Virus record (IMG/VR): IMGVR_UViG_3300049001_000044
Span: 1 to 64,000 of that record
Reading direction: 5' to 3' (one strand)
Length of the DNA: 64,000 nt
In this document: piece after piece, positions 37,950-47,736 of the stretch
Layout: the number at the start of each line of letters is the position of its first letter
Numbering within the stretch: the first letter of the stretch is position 1
Translations under genes and position numbers: made by a program
The notes under the pieces: generated by a model
Told to the model about the DNA's origin: nothing
The model's input: only the letters and a program-made list of their open reading frames with translations
Database searches by the model: none

Positions 37950-38238
37950 TATCAATCCTTTCATCTTCGGCTGTTCTACGCCATTTTTCGCTGTATTCCG
38001 CCTGCAACACCTTCATCGGTTTGGCCTTGGGATTTTTGCTCCCACCTGCCTTAACCCAGTGCGGCTCGAGGTCATTGGAGTAGGCCACGTACGCCTCGTC
38101 AATTAGCTCGCAATACTCAGAGTGCGTGATTTCTCCAGCGCAATACCGCTTCCAGTGTGGAGCCCTCGCCTCAGCATACACCTTAGAAAGGGCTTCCTTC
38201 GCGGCGAGATATTCAGGCGTTTGTTTGGGAAAAGTCAT
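37918..38238 (-). CDS. Hypothetical protein
   Basis: Overlap-coupled run. Confidence 0.7.
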   Translation of the reverse strand: MTFPKQTPEYLAAKEALSKVYAEARAPHWKRYCAGEITHSEYCELIDEAYVAYSNDLEPHWVKAGGSKNPKAKPMKVLQAEYSEKWRRTAEDERIDNERNAKGKVV

Positions 38239-38420
38239 TCAAACCTTTCATCGATTTTCGTGCTTATGAAGTTGTAGACATGCCACACGCAGTAGAGGCC
38301 GATGGCAGCCAACACATCATCGCCCAGACTGGGATGTGCAATGCGATTATAAGACGCTTCGATGATGGTGATTGGCAGGATGGCAAACATGAACATCATA
38401 AACTTTATCAGCGTTTTCAT
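38235..38420 (-). CDS. Small membrane protein
   Basis: Two hydrophobic segments. Confidence 0.65.
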   Translation of the reverse strand: MKTLIKFMMFMFAILPITIIEASYNRIAHPSLGDDVLAAIGLYCVWHVYNFISTKIDERFE

Positions 38421-38421
38421 C

Positions 38422-38946
38422 TCACGTCCTCACGAAGGTTTTCATGGTGGCTGAGTAGCCGTTTTCTTCCATCGAAGTTGCGTTGGTTGCGATGTAGGGG
38501 TGACCCTCGACGGAGATGACGTCGCTGTAGAGCATGTCTTCACCAGAGATTGGGAAGTGCACATCACCTTTCGGGTTGGTTTCGACGATGGTGATGTAGA
38601 GATGCTTGGGACGGAACGCCAGGCAGTCTTCGTAGATTTGCCCGCCACCGATCACCATCACATTGTCTTCCTTGCGAAGGGCTTCAATGAGGCTAGCGTA
38701 TTGGGCGTCAGCACCCATGAAGCCAGTCTCTTGGCGCGAGATGACGACGTTCCTTCGGCCTTTCAGGGGATGGACAGGTAGGGATGCCCAGGTACGGGAA
38801 CCCATGACGATGGTCTTGCCCAAGGTCATCTGCTTGAAGTGCTGCAGATCACGGGGGAGATACCAGGGAATGGAATTGTCGACGGAGTTACCGATGATGC
38901 CGTTCAAGCCCACGGCAACGATCAGATCGAAGTCTTTGTCGTGCAT
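38422..38946 (-). CDS. frd: Dihydrofolate reductase
   Basis: NGIIG...IPWYLPRDLQHFKQMTLGKTIVMGSRTW...PLKGRRNVVISR; VIGGGQIY. Confidence 0.95.
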   Translation of the reverse strand: MHDKDFDLIVAVGLNGIIGNSVDNSIPWYLPRDLQHFKQMTLGKTIVMGSRTWASLPVHPLKGRRNVVISRQETGFMGADAQYASLIEALRKEDNVMVIGGGQIYEDCLAFRPKHLYITIVETNPKGDVHFPISGEDMLYSDVISVEGHPYIATNATSMEENGYSATMKTFVRT

Positions 38947-39016
38947 AGAATCCTCTCATGTAAGGATTCTATTGTACTTTTTATTGCTTCGAAGTAAAAC
39001 TAAGCATATCCTGGAG

Positions 39017-39098
39017 CTTACCAGAGAGGCCCAGAGCACCTCAGCTTAGCATGACATAGACTTTTACATACAAACGATAGGAGGTCTCTGAGCACCTC
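39017..39098. repeat. Dispersed inverted-repeat module
   Basis: CTTACCAGAGAGGCCCAGAGCACCTCAG ... GAGGTCTCTGAGCACCTC. Confidence 0.8.
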
Positions 39099-39174
39099 TA
39101 AAGAAAAAGGAGGTCCAAAGACCTCCTCCTGTTATACAAGCACGCAACCTTTACAAGGTTGCGTGCTTACTGCA

Positions 39175-39519
39175 TTACCCGTACTTCTCCTCGAGTTCCT
39201 TGGCAAGTTTGCTGGCCTTTTCGAGCATGGGTTCGATGGCCGCATCGTTGTCGTGGATTACGGTCCAGCCTTCGTTGCCGTACGTGAATTCGACGATGCC
39301 CACGTACTTGCCGTTCTCGTCATAGACCTCAAAGCCGTCCATGTCCGTACTGCCCACGCCCTCGAGCAGCTTGGCTTTGTCCCGGGATTTCTTGATGGGC
39401 CTTGCTTCACCGTCGTTCAGGGTGATCGTGTAGCCCCCGCGCTCAAGGATGCCATCAATCACCGCGCCGATGATCTGCTTCTCCATGTCCTCGCGTTGTT
39501 CTTGTGTTGTTGCTGCCAT
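39175..39519 (-). CDS. Hypothetical protein
   Basis: RBS AGGAG. Confidence 0.8.
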   Translation of the reverse strand: MAATTQEQREDMEKQIIGAVIDGILERGGYTITLNDGEARPIKKSRDKAKLLEGVGSTDMDGFEVYDENGKYVGIVEFTYGNEGWTVIHDNDAAIEPMLEKASKLAKELEEKYG

Positions 39520-39520
39520 G

Positions 39521-39703
39521 TCAGTCTCCTATAGGTTGGTCTTTTTGGTCCTTGTAATACCCACGCATGCCGCCCTTGATCCGACGTTTCAACTTGCCGA
39601 TCTTCTTGCTAGGGCGCTCACGCATGGTCTTCTTGGTGGGGAACTTTCCTACCCATTGCTCGGGAATCTCCACCACCTTCCCACGTCGAACACGTGTAGC
39701 CAT
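39521..39703 (-). CDS. Small basic protein
   Basis: MATRVRRGKVVEIPEQW...; the longer ORF call overlaps other genes. Confidence 0.65.
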   Translation of the reverse strand: MATRVRRGKVVEIPEQWVGKFPTKKTMRERPSKKIGKLKRRIKGGMRGYYKDQKDQPIGD

Positions 39704-39813
39704 CAGTGGAAGAACTTCCAGATCAGGTGGATGTTCGGGATACCCCAGACCGCCAGCACGCAGACGGAGAGGAATGCGATGGTCGTGCCAACTTTTTGTG
39801 CGAGAGTTTCCAT
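39703..39813 (-). CDS. 36-aa membrane peptide
   Basis: METLAQKVGTTIAFLSVCVLAVWGIPNIHLIWKFFH*, coupled to both neighbours. Confidence 0.55.
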   Translation of the reverse strand: METLAQKVGTTIAFLSVCVLAVWGIPNIHLIWKFFH

Positions 39814-40184
39814 TAGTCGAAGAGCCTTCCCAGTTCGTATTGATCATAGTCCGGCAGGACAGTCGCCCACGCCGGGTTAACCACCCACTTGCCCGACCGT
39901 TTAATGGACGTGCACATGAGGAGGGTGGTAAAGGTTTCCGCGCCCACGAACTTGATGAAGGCCGGGGTTTCCAACATGATCCGCTGGCACACGGCCACGG
40001 CTTCGGGGATTTGGTAGATGCGGCGGGGATCGTCGTTGTACCCGTCGAACATGAGTTGATGACGGGGTTGCCCACCAGCCTGGATGATCAGCTCGATGCT
40101 CTTGAAAACATCCTGCATTTTCTCCTTGTTCCCCAGGTCCTGCTTGGGCAGGATGAGGAACACTGCGTCGTTGGGTTGAATCAT
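39813..40184 (-). CDS. Hypothetical protein
   Basis: Start MIQPND after GGAG; FDGYNDDPRRIYQIPE motif. Confidence 0.75.
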   Translation of the reverse strand: MIQPNDAVFLILPKQDLGNKEKMQDVFKSIELIIQAGGQPRHQLMFDGYNDDPRRIYQIPEAVAVCQRIMLETPAFIKFVGAETFTTLLMCTSIKRSGKWVVNPAWATVLPDYDQYELGRLFD

Positions 40185-40185
40185 G

Positions 40186-40683
40186 TTACGCTCCAATCGT
40201 GAGGTAGTAGCCGTTGGCCTTGACGTGGACTTTTCCTTCGCCGGCCTTCGTAATGGTGGGAACGCTGCCCGTGAAGTAGATGACCGCTTCACGCAAGCAC
40301 ACGAGATTTTCTGCGCCCGGATCGTCGATGATCTTGTCGATTGGGTTCTTCCAGTCGGTGGCGTCTTGCACGTTCTCGAACGCAACCTTCAGCTGTTCGT
40401 GGGTGAATTTGCCGAGTGCCATAAGTTTTTGCTCCACAATCTTCAGCATTCCCTGGTACTTGTCCCGCTGCTTGCAGGCATGCGCGTACGCCCAGGGGGT
40501 GGGCCGAGTCCAAACATTTTCCTTCTCATCCTTCCACGTCTCGGTGAGGACCTCGTGGTTGGTGCGAAGGGCCTTGATGATTCTGACAATTCCTTGTTCT
40601 GAGGGATCCTTCTCCAGGCGCTTCAGGAACCGCCCGAGTTCCTTGAGCTCGCTCTCCTCGATGTGGTGCTGAATTGCTGCCAT
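40186..40683 (-). CDS. Hypothetical protein
   Basis: RBS AAGGAG; 165 aa. Confidence 0.8.
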   Translation of the reverse strand: MAAIQHHIEESELKELGRFLKRLEKDPSEQGIVRIIKALRTNHEVLTETWKDEKENVWTRPTPWAYAHACKQRDKYQGMLKIVEQKLMALGKFTHEQLKVAFENVQDATDWKNPIDKIIDDPGAENLVCLREAVIYFTGSVPTITKAGEGKVHVKANGYYLTIGA

Positions 40684-40695
40684 GAAGATTCTCCT

Positions 40696-41004
40696 TTAGA
40701 TTTTTTCAAACCCCATCATCGCGACGACGTACAGCTCGCCGTCCTTTTCCATGATGTCGCCCATGGATGTGCTGCGGGCACCTTTGACCCCCTTGACCTC
40801 GACCAGGTTGAAGGTCTCCAGGATCATGGCATTTTTCACCCACAGATCTTCGATGTTGTTCGTCTGCTCGTAGGCGACGTTGAGGTCGTCAGTATTCACG
40901 ACCGCGATTTTCTGGTACGCACCGCCGGCATTCCACAGCTGGCGGGCCTTCACTGCATTCCCACTGAAGGTGGGATCGATTGCGTGGTGGACGATGATCG
41001 TCAT
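40696..41004 (-). CDS. Hypothetical protein
   Basis: RSTSMGDIM...YVVAMMGFEKI; RBS AAGGAG. Confidence 0.8.
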   Translation of the reverse strand: MTIIVHHAIDPTFSGNAVKARQLWNAGGAYQKIAVVNTDDLNVAYEQTNNIEDLWVKNAMILETFNLVEVKGVKGARSTSMGDIMEKDGELYVVAMMGFEKI

Positions 41005-41049
41005 TGCCTTCTCCTTTTCCAGTAAGGGAGGGGAAACCCTCCCATCCGA

Positions 41050-42642
41050 TTACTTCTTGTCTGCGTTGTAAGGTACGTCGATCATTTCCTCGATTGCGCG
41101 GGTGATTGCGACGTATTCAAGGTTGCGTTCCTGCTCCAGCTGCCAGTCTTTCTTGGCGTAGGGAGAAGGCATGAAGCGTTGGCGACCGAGGATGTAGACG
41201 CGCTTCCATTCGCGGCCTTTCGACTTATGGACTGTGGAGAGTACCAGCACTTCCGGCGGGGTACCTTCCTTCGTGTTACCGAACATCACGTTGATGTCGT
41301 TGACCATCTCGTCGATCGTGTACTTCTTCAGGGTGAGCTGGCGGTTGATGATAACCCGCAAGCATTCCACCTGATCAACCAGCTTGTCGACGAGGTCCTG
41401 CCGATTCTTGGACATGTGCTTCGCGGTTTCCCGCTCTTCGTAGTCCTGCAGTTTGTCCAGGAGGTCGCTCAACTGGGTCAACTTCCAGCGCCGAGCCAGC
41501 TTGATTAGCCCTTGGCCGATCTCACGACCTTCAACCCGGCATGGTACCCCTTTCGCCAACAGCATGTAGGCGGTTTGAACCAGGGGTGCAGTGTTCCGGC
41601 AGAGGATTGCATCCGTCTTGGTGAGTTTCTCCAGGTGCAGATTCTCGTATTCGAGGGTACGAACCTTGCCTTCGGGGTTGTCCTTGTATGCGACGAAGTC
41701 CGGTACCAGTTTCTTGGCTTCCTCGACCACCGCTTTCGGGCAGCGCCTGGTCACGTTCAGCACCAAGGTCTTCGCGTTCGTCTGCTTCTTGATCTGCTCC
41801 ATCGCGTCGTTGTCGGCACCTGCGAATCCGTTGATCGCCTGCTTGTCGTCGCCGACGAAGATGAGGCGGCCAGTGCGGGGCTTCAGCATCGCGAGGGCGA
41901 GAGCCCGGCGGGCGGGGTTGGTATCCTGCGATTCGTCGATGAGGATCCAATCCTTCGGCCAGAACTTCGCCCGGAAGTAGAGAGGAGCGAGGATCATGTC
42001 GTCGAAGTCGATCGTTTCCCGGCACTGATCGAGGGAGATTTTGTACACCTTCTTGGCGCACTGGATGATCTCGTCCGGGGAGTAATTCTCCGTGGTGTCG
42101 TTGTCGAGATCATGGTGGTCCCAGATGTCCATCCAGACGTTGGGATCCTCGAGGTGGCAGAGGTGGCCGATGGCACGTTGTTTCCCAAGGGAAACCAGCC
42201 GGTCAATTACACCCATGCAATCGACCCAGATGTTCGGGGATTTGTGGTGGGTATCTGCGAAGGAGCGGATAATCCGGATCACCTTGTCGTCCACCAGCTT
42301 CGCGTTGGGGGCGGCCTTGCGCCAGACGTTGAAGCCGAAGGAGTGAGAGGTTCCCGCCTGGGCGATCCGCCAGTCGTATTTCGCGGCCTCGAGTTTCGCC
42401 TTGATCTCACCGGCGATCGATTTGTTGAAGGCCATCAACGCGACATCACCGAGGTTGAATTCGACGATCGCCTCCACCACCTGCATGAGGGTGAACGTTT
42501 TTCCGCAACCTGCCCGAGCCATCAGCTCGAGGTTACCGGTATCGTCGAGAACCCACTTGATCACCGCTTGTTGCTGATCCGAGAGTTTCGACCAACGCTT
42601 CTTCGAGAAGCGGGATTTTGCTGCTGCGGGACGTTCTACCAT
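41050..42642 (-). CDS. UvrD/Rep-like SF1 helicase
   Basis: ARAGCGKT, IDESQD, VGDDKQAI, STVHKSKGREW, YVAITRA. Confidence 0.93.
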   Translation of the reverse strand: MVERPAAAKSRFSKKRWSKLSDQQQAVIKWVLDDTGNLELMARAGCGKTFTLMQVVEAIVEFNLGDVALMAFNKSIAGEIKAKLEAAKYDWRIAQAGTSHSFGFNVWRKAAPNAKLVDDKVIRIIRSFADTHHKSPNIWVDCMGVIDRLVSLGKQRAIGHLCHLEDPNVWMDIWDHHDLDNDTTENYSPDEIIQCAKKVYKISLDQCRETIDFDDMILAPLYFRAKFWPKDWILIDESQDTNPARRALALAMLKPRTGRLIFVGDDKQAINGFAGADNDAMEQIKKQTNAKTLVLNVTRRCPKAVVEEAKKLVPDFVAYKDNPEGKVRTLEYENLHLEKLTKTDAILCRNTAPLVQTAYMLLAKGVPCRVEGREIGQGLIKLARRWKLTQLSDLLDKLQDYEERETAKHMSKNRQDLVDKLVDQVECLRVIINRQLTLKKYTIDEMVNDINVMFGNTKEGTPPEVLVLSTVHKSKGREWKRVYILGRQRFMPSPYAKKDWQLEQERNLEYVAITRAIEEMIDVPYNADKK

Positions 42643-42669
42643 TTTTGCTACCTCCGCTGTTTTTCTGTT

Positions 42670-42744
42670 GATAAGGCTATAATATCATGATCCTGAAAAA
42701 AGTACACAGGCAAAATTGTAACAAGCCTACAGAAATTGTAACAG
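42670..42744 (-). promoter_or_regulatory. Early promoter cassette
   Basis: GATAAGGCTATAATATCATG...AGTACAC...TTGTAACA twice. Confidence 0.75.
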
Positions 42745-42807
42745 GGCCATGTTTCCTGAAAGAAACAATGGCCCCTGGGAGGCGCTATATAATAGCGCTA
42801 ACCCTGA

Positions 42808-43305
42808 TTACGAAGGTTGACCTTCCGAGGTACCAGGTTGGGCAGCGGCCGCGTCGGCTTCCATCTTGGCGAGGAGCTCGTCCTTCAGCTGCTGGGTGAT
42901 CGACTCAATCGTTGCCTGGACGGCGCCGATGCCGTGGACGTTGAAGGCCTTCTCTTCCTCCTTGCGGCTGTCCTTGACCACCAGGGTGAAGTCCTGGTCG
43001 CCCTCTTCTTCAGTGCCATAGGCGGAGAAGTTGATGAAGATGGGTTCACCCTTGTACATCATGATGCAGGAGTGGAGCTCGACCAACTGCTTGCCATCGC
43101 GGGTCGGGTTTTCCAGCAGCTTGATGCTCTGGTCCAGGGCGGTGCGTTCTGCGTAGGCCGTCTTCAGTGCCAGTGCGGTGGCATCTGCGAGGCTGGGCTT
43201 TTCGCCGTCAAGGCAGTGGCCGCAGAAGCATTCACCTGCACGACGTTGGCCGAGTGCGCCCATGAACAGAGCTGCGAGAGCTGCGACGGATGGATTGCGA
43301 ATCAT
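42808..43305 (-). CDS. Hypothetical protein
   Basis: Start MIRNP after GAAAGGA; CFCGHC. Confidence 0.75.
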   Translation of the reverse strand: MIRNPSVAALAALFMGALGQRRAGECFCGHCLDGEKPSLADATALALKTAYAERTALDQSIKLLENPTRDGKQLVELHSCIMMYKGEPIFINFSAYGTEEEGDQDFTLVVKDSRKEEEKAFNVHGIGAVQATIESITQQLKDELLAKMEADAAAAQPGTSEGQPS

Positions 43306-43364
43306 GGTGTTTCCTTTCATCTCTATATCATCGTAAAAGCCGGGTTTGCCCCTCGGCGATGGGC

Positions 43365-43790
43365 TCAAGTGGAGCTGCTCGCCCCATTGATCATTGCGGA
43401 CAGGCTGGATACTTTCAATCCACCCTGCACCTTTGCATCCTTGACGCGGACCACCGCACCTTCCTCGTGCTTGGCCTTCATGTGGGCTTTCAGGCCGGTG
43501 GTCTCACCTACTTTCTTGCCACACACCGGACACGGCACCTTGTTCTCCATGTTCTTGTAGTACCAGAACGTGGCCGGCTGGGGCGGCGGCTTCGGGTTGA
43601 AGGTCTCGTAAATCTCATCGAAGCGAGCACGATCCTTCTCAGTGCATTCCCGTTCCCAGGCATCGCCTTGGCAGTAGGACATCACACCGCTCGCGACCTC
43701 CAAACCTTCCTTCGCCAGCGCCAACTGTTCTTCCAAGTCGGCAACTTTCTTCTTCAACTCTTCCACTTCATCCATGGACTTTCTCCCCAT
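43365..43790 (-). CDS. C2H2 zinc-finger protein
   Basis: CPVCGKKVGETTGLKAHMKAKH. Confidence 0.8.
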   Translation of the reverse strand: MGRKSMDEVEELKKKVADLEEQLALAKEGLEVASGVMSYCQGDAWERECTEKDRARFDEIYETFNPKPPPQPATFWYYKNMENKVPCPVCGKKVGETTGLKAHMKAKHEEGAVVRVKDAKVQGGLKVSSLSAMINGASSST

Positions 43791-44286
43791 GCAATTGCGT
43801 GAACATCTTTTCCAGGTCTTTCGGCGAGGGGATGCGGAGGGTGGGCATGCTCACGAAGCGGTACTGCACGCCATCCTCGTCCTCGACAATCCGCTCCCCA
43901 TACCGTACTGGATTCAGGGTAGGCTCCCTTCCATTCTTGGCCCGCAGGTAATCATGAAGAGCGCCTGCAGTGCACGACTTGATCTCGTAGATCGGTTCCC
44001 ACTCGGAGTGGAGGGTCGGACTCAGCGAAATCCTGTTCTCCACATAATGCGTGGGAGTGGTTTGCTCTTCTCGCGGCCAACCACGGCAGATGGGAATCTG
44101 CGCCGTGTCGTGGATGAACCACGCCTTAGTCCACACCTCGATCGGGAGGAATCTGGAGAGCTTAGCCGACTCACGCTCTTTCCTATCTTCCAGCGCCATG
44201 CGCAGGGCGTGGGCACGTGCGATTGCTTGACGCGAGGCCTCGACATTCAAGACTGCTTCCAGGTATTCGAGCGGGTAGCGGATCAT
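43768..44286 (-). CDS. Hypothetical protein
   Basis: Co-oriented run. Confidence 0.75.
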   Translation of the reverse strand: MIRYPLEYLEAVLNVEASRQAIARAHALRMALEDRKERESAKLSRFLPIEVWTKAWFIHDTAQIPICRGWPREEQTTPTHYVENRISLSPTLHSEWEPIYEIKSCTAGALHDYLRAKNGREPTLNPVRYGERIVEDEDGVQYRFVSMPTLRIPSPKDLEKMFTQLHGEKVHG

Positions 44287-44289
44287 TTC

Positions 44290-44682
44290 TTATCCCTCGA
44301 TCTTGCCTTCGGTTTCGGCCCACGAGCCGAATTCGGTATTGCCGCACTCAGTGCACGCACCCTCAGGGGTCTGCGTGTGAGCATGGCACTTTGTGCAGTG
44401 GGGCAACCCCGTGGTATCGTAGGGATCGTAGGGATCGTACTTGCCCAGGAAGATGAACGGGTTCTTCAAACCGATGTTCACGATCTCCGCGATCCCCAAC
44501 TTCACCAGCTGCTCAGCAGTTCGAGGGTCGATCCCCGAGATGATGCGACTCACTTCGATGCCGCGATCGTCCCTGCTAAGCCGCTCGCCCTTGTCGTGGC
44601 GGGTTCTCCACCAGCGATCCACCTCGATGAGGCGCTTGAGAAGTTCCAACGCTTTCGGGGTCATATCATGTTCTCCCTGCAA
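44290..44682 (-). CDS. Hypothetical protein with C-terminal zinc ribbon
   Basis: CTKC...CTECG. Confidence 0.75.
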   Translation of the reverse strand: MQGEHDMTPKALELLKRLIEVDRWWRTRHDKGERLSRDDRGIEVSRIISGIDPRTAEQLVKLGIAEIVNIGLKNPFIFLGKYDPYDPYDTTGLPHCTKCHAHTQTPEGACTECGNTEFGSWAETEGKIEG

Positions 44683-44983
44683 AATAATCCAACATGAAGC
44701 GGATTATGGTCTGTGGTTTCTCGGAGTAGTGGAAGGTCTTCACCTCGTCACCACCCTCGTCTTTCAACGTCATGAACTCCTTGCTCCGTCCGTTGTGGTG
44801 GACGTAAGCCTTGAGCATCTTCCCCTGCGAGCGGATGTAGATCACTGACCTACCAACCTCGATGGTGCACGTCCGCTTGATCTCGCGATCGTCGAAGACC
44901 GTCTTGGCAGTCTCGAAGAACAGGTGGGAAGACCACCCTCTCGCCTCGAGATACTCGTCGATGGATTTCGTCAGCCTGCTCAC
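44666..44983 (-). CDS. Hypothetical protein
   Basis: GTG start after GGAGGTGA, overlapping the upstream stop. Confidence 0.7.
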   Translation of the reverse strand: MSRLTKSIDEYLEARGWSSHLFFETAKTVFDDREIKRTCTIEVGRSVIYIRSQGKMLKAYVHHNGRSKEFMTLKDEGGDEVKTFHYSEKPQTIIRFMLDYFAGRT

Positions 44984-45267
44984 AGCTTCACCTCCTTGGG
45001 GGTCCTGCTCGCGCCACCGGCTTTCACCCACGCCTCGATGACCACGTCTTTCACAAGCATGCCCGCTGCATTAGTTTCCGGCAGCGCCACATAGGTTTTG
45101 GCCTTCGTGGGATGAACGTAGAATCGGACGAAAGCACCGCTCTCCTTGTCCTCGTAGGAGTAGGCAACCACGTGTTTCAGGTTCTTGCCCCTGCCAACCG
45201 TGATATTTGCCTGCCCCTTCAATTTGAAGGTTGCATCGGTGATCAAATCTTTCATCTTGCTCATCAT
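44980..45267 (-). CDS. Hypothetical early protein
   Basis: First gene after a promoter cassette; RBS AGGAG. Confidence 0.8.
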   Translation of the reverse strand: MMSKMKDLITDATFKLKGQANITVGRGKNLKHVVAYSYEDKESGAFVRFYVHPTKAKTYVALPETNAAGMLVKDVVIEAWVKAGGASRTPKEVKL

Positions 45268-45291
45268 CTACTCCTGTGTGTTACTGCATTC

Positions 45292-45366
45292 GATAAGGCT
45301 ATATTAACACTGACTGGCCGAAAGTACACAGGCAAAATTGTAACGAACACACCTTTGCTGTTACAA
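45292..45366 (-). promoter_or_regulatory. Early promoter cassette
   Basis: GATAAGGCTATATTAACAC...AGTACAC...TTGTAAC...GTTACAA. Confidence 0.75.
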
Positions 45367-45427
45367 TTACTCCGAGGAAATAAAAAGGGACCCGAAGGCC
45401 CCTTTATATAGAGGAGGAAATTTCTCC

Positions 45428-46021
45428 TCAATCCTGCCGTATGAAAGTGATGTCGATATCGTTCCTGCACACGCGATCATTTTCCGGACGAACTGCGCCG
45501 CAAATAGGGGCAGTGAAGTCGTACTTACCTTCTGCTTCAATGTGCTTCACGATTTCCTTCGGCATATCCGCGCGACACCAGAAAGTCAACGCCACTTCCA
45601 CCTCGTACAATCCGTACTTGTCGTCGTAGAAGTCCTTCACCTCGTCAAACGCGTACACATCGAGGGAGATGAATTTCGACTTTAGGAAAGGCGTGTTCTC
45701 GAAGATGTAATTGAGCATTGCGTTGCCAATCCACTCTTTATTTTCTTCATCGATTTCGAAGTCGATGAATCCCACTTGCCGTTCCGGCCATGCGTTGAAG
45801 GAAAGGACGAGGGTTTCTTCCCGATATCCCATCAACTCCAAGATGACCAAGTCCAATTCGTCAGGCGTTACCTTCTCAATGTAAGTGGTACCGTTCTTGA
45901 GATGGACTTCCAACTCTTTATCGTTGAGTTGGCGGACCAGCTGTACTGGGTCTGTGTCCTTCACCGCGCTGATGATGAAGCGGTTACGGGACTTGCGTGC
46001 AACAATCGGTTCTTTCAGCAT
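45428..46021 (-). CDS. Hypothetical protein
   Basis: 197 aa; RBS GAGG. Confidence 0.8.
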   Translation of the reverse strand: MLKEPIVARKSRNRFIISAVKDTDPVQLVRQLNDKELEVHLKNGTTYIEKVTPDELDLVILELMGYREETLVLSFNAWPERQVGFIDFEIDEENKEWIGNAMLNYIFENTPFLKSKFISLDVYAFDEVKDFYDDKYGLYEVEVALTFWCRADMPKEIVKHIEAEGKYDFTAPICGAVRPENDRVCRNDIDITFIRQD

Positions 46022-46040
46022 GTTCCTCTTTCAGAAAAGA

Positions 46041-46061
46041 AAAGGGAGTCCGAAGACTCCC
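46041..46061 (-). terminator. Intrinsic terminator after the Ro60 gene
   Basis: GGGAGTC-TTCG-GACTCCC followed by TTTTCTTTT on the minus strand. Confidence 0.8.
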
Positions 46062-46069
46062 AAGTTCGA

Positions 46070-47680
46070 TTAGAACTCTTGGATCAGCTGCGGAGCCGAG
46101 CTGTCGAAGCCAACAATGTCCAGCATACCCGGATCTTTCGGATCCGCGATGGTGAAGTTGGTGACCGAAGTACCGCACACGATCAGCTTGGACTGACGGT
46201 TGTACTGCTGACGGTAGTCGCGCAGTGCCTGGACGGGCTGCTGACGACCAGCGTAGGTTTCGTTGTCAGTGATGACCACGAACTTGTCTACACCCGACAT
46301 CTTGTGCTCGATTGCGTGGCGCATCGGCAGGGAGCAGTCGGTGGAACCCCAGCTAAAGCGCTGCATGACAGCGAGGACTTGGTCCAGGCGCATGGACGGG
46401 GAAATCTTCAGTTCACCCATGCGGGAGTTGAAGCCACCGATCCAGTAGTTGGGCTCACGCTTTGCAACTGCCAAAGCCATGACTGCTGCAACTTCAGCAG
46501 CGGTGAGGTTAGGTGCGCCGGTGACGCGAGATCCCCACATCGAACCCGAGCAGTCAACGCCGATCAGGTGGCCCTGGCCGGTGGTGTCGACGTAGTTGAA
46601 CGATTCGTAGAACGCGTCGTTCAGTGCATCGAGGATTCGCTGGTCCGGACGCCAGCTCAGGCTACCTTTGTCGCCATGACCTTGCTTGTACTGGTTGAAG
46701 GCGTTGAGGATCGTGATCGGGTGAACACGTCCACGCTTGATCGCTTCCACGTCCGTCAGCTTGGCGATTGCCAGCTTCGAACCTTCCGACAGATTGCCGA
46801 TCACACCGACGTTGGTCAGTTGACCCAGCTTTCGGATCAGAGCGGTCATGCCCATGTTCGGAAGCAGAGCATTCCAAACGTCGACATCACGCTGCAGTTC
46901 GGTTGGGATCATCTCCCACGACAGATCACGGTTGGACTCGATCAGCTGGATGGCCAGCTTCTTGTCCGCGCCGGCACGCTTCAGGGTTTCGAAGTCGACC
47001 AGCAGTTGTGGTACTTGCGCACCAGCTGCGATCGCCTCTGCACCTTTCGTTGCGTAGCGGAACATTGCGTTCTGCAGCTCGTTCTGCGGCTTAGCGTGAG
47101 CCAGACGGAGAACGTCGCGGTGAGACCAGCCATCACGCTGTTGGTACTTCAGCATCTGCAGGGCCAGCTTGTCTTCACGGCGGTTGGTGTACCACGCAGA
47201 GATACCGCGCTTTGCAGCAGCGTTCCACTTGCCCATCGAGTCGATGGCGGAGACGAACTGGAACAGCATGGTGCCAGTACGAGCGACTTTCGGCAGAGCT
47301 GCGTAAGCAGCCGAGACAGTGTCAGGGTTGCCGTTGATAGCGGCGAGAGCCAGAGCGAAGACCGCAGGGTCATTCTTCGGCGCACGGCCTGCTTCGGAGA
47401 TTTCGACGATGCGATTGACGGTACGGATACCATCGTTCTTGATGCAGTCGATGACGTTCTTAGCCGCCTTAATGGTCAGCTCTTTCTTGCCCGCGTAGTA
47501 CGAAGGCGTGTCAGAACCCAGGATCAGAAAGCGATCGAGGTAGCCCCACATGTCCAGTTGGAACGTGAAGCCGCCTGCGCTGTTACGCACCATCTCACTC
47601 TCACGACCAGGGATCGGAGCAGTTTGTGGGGTTGCGCGGGTGTTAACCTTCGGTGCGAGGATATCAGTGTAAGACGACAT
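46070..47680 (-). CDS. rsr: Ro60 / TROVE-domain RNA-binding protein (Rsr ortholog)
   Basis: RNSAGGFTF...RFLILGS...YYA; KYQQRDGWSHRDVLRLAH; LPNMGMTALIRKLG; vWA MIDAS VDCSGSM; ITDNET; LDIVGFDS. Confidence 0.95.
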   Translation of the reverse strand: MSSYTDILAPKVNTRATPQTAPIPGRESEMVRNSAGGFTFQLDMWGYLDRFLILGSDTPSYYAGKKELTIKAAKNVIDCIKNDGIRTVNRIVEISEAGRAPKNDPAVFALALAAINGNPDTVSAAYAALPKVARTGTMLFQFVSAIDSMGKWNAAAKRGISAWYTNRREDKLALQMLKYQQRDGWSHRDVLRLAHAKPQNELQNAMFRYATKGAEAIAAGAQVPQLLVDFETLKRAGADKKLAIQLIESNRDLSWEMIPTELQRDVDVWNALLPNMGMTALIRKLGQLTNVGVIGNLSEGSKLAIAKLTDVEAIKRGRVHPITILNAFNQYKQGHGDKGSLSWRPDQRILDALNDAFYESFNYVDTTGQGHLIGVDCSGSMWGSRVTGAPNLTAAEVAAVMALAVAKREPNYWIGGFNSRMGELKISPSMRLDQVLAVMQRFSWGSTDCSLPMRHAIEHKMSGVDKFVVITDNETYAGRQQPVQALRDYRQQYNRQSKLIVCGTSVTNFTIADPKDPGMLDIVGFDSSAPQLIQEF

Positions 47681-47736
47681 TAGTAATTCTCCTTAAAAAG
47701 CGGCTGCGTCCGCAGCAAATGGCAACGAAAAAGAAA

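Noticed and set aside
45776-47683. 635-aa plus-strand ORF, and similar long antisense ORFs (11421..12515, 15059..16213, 41512..42690)
   Set aside because: Shadows of real minus-strand genes with clear motifs; no RBS or domain signal.
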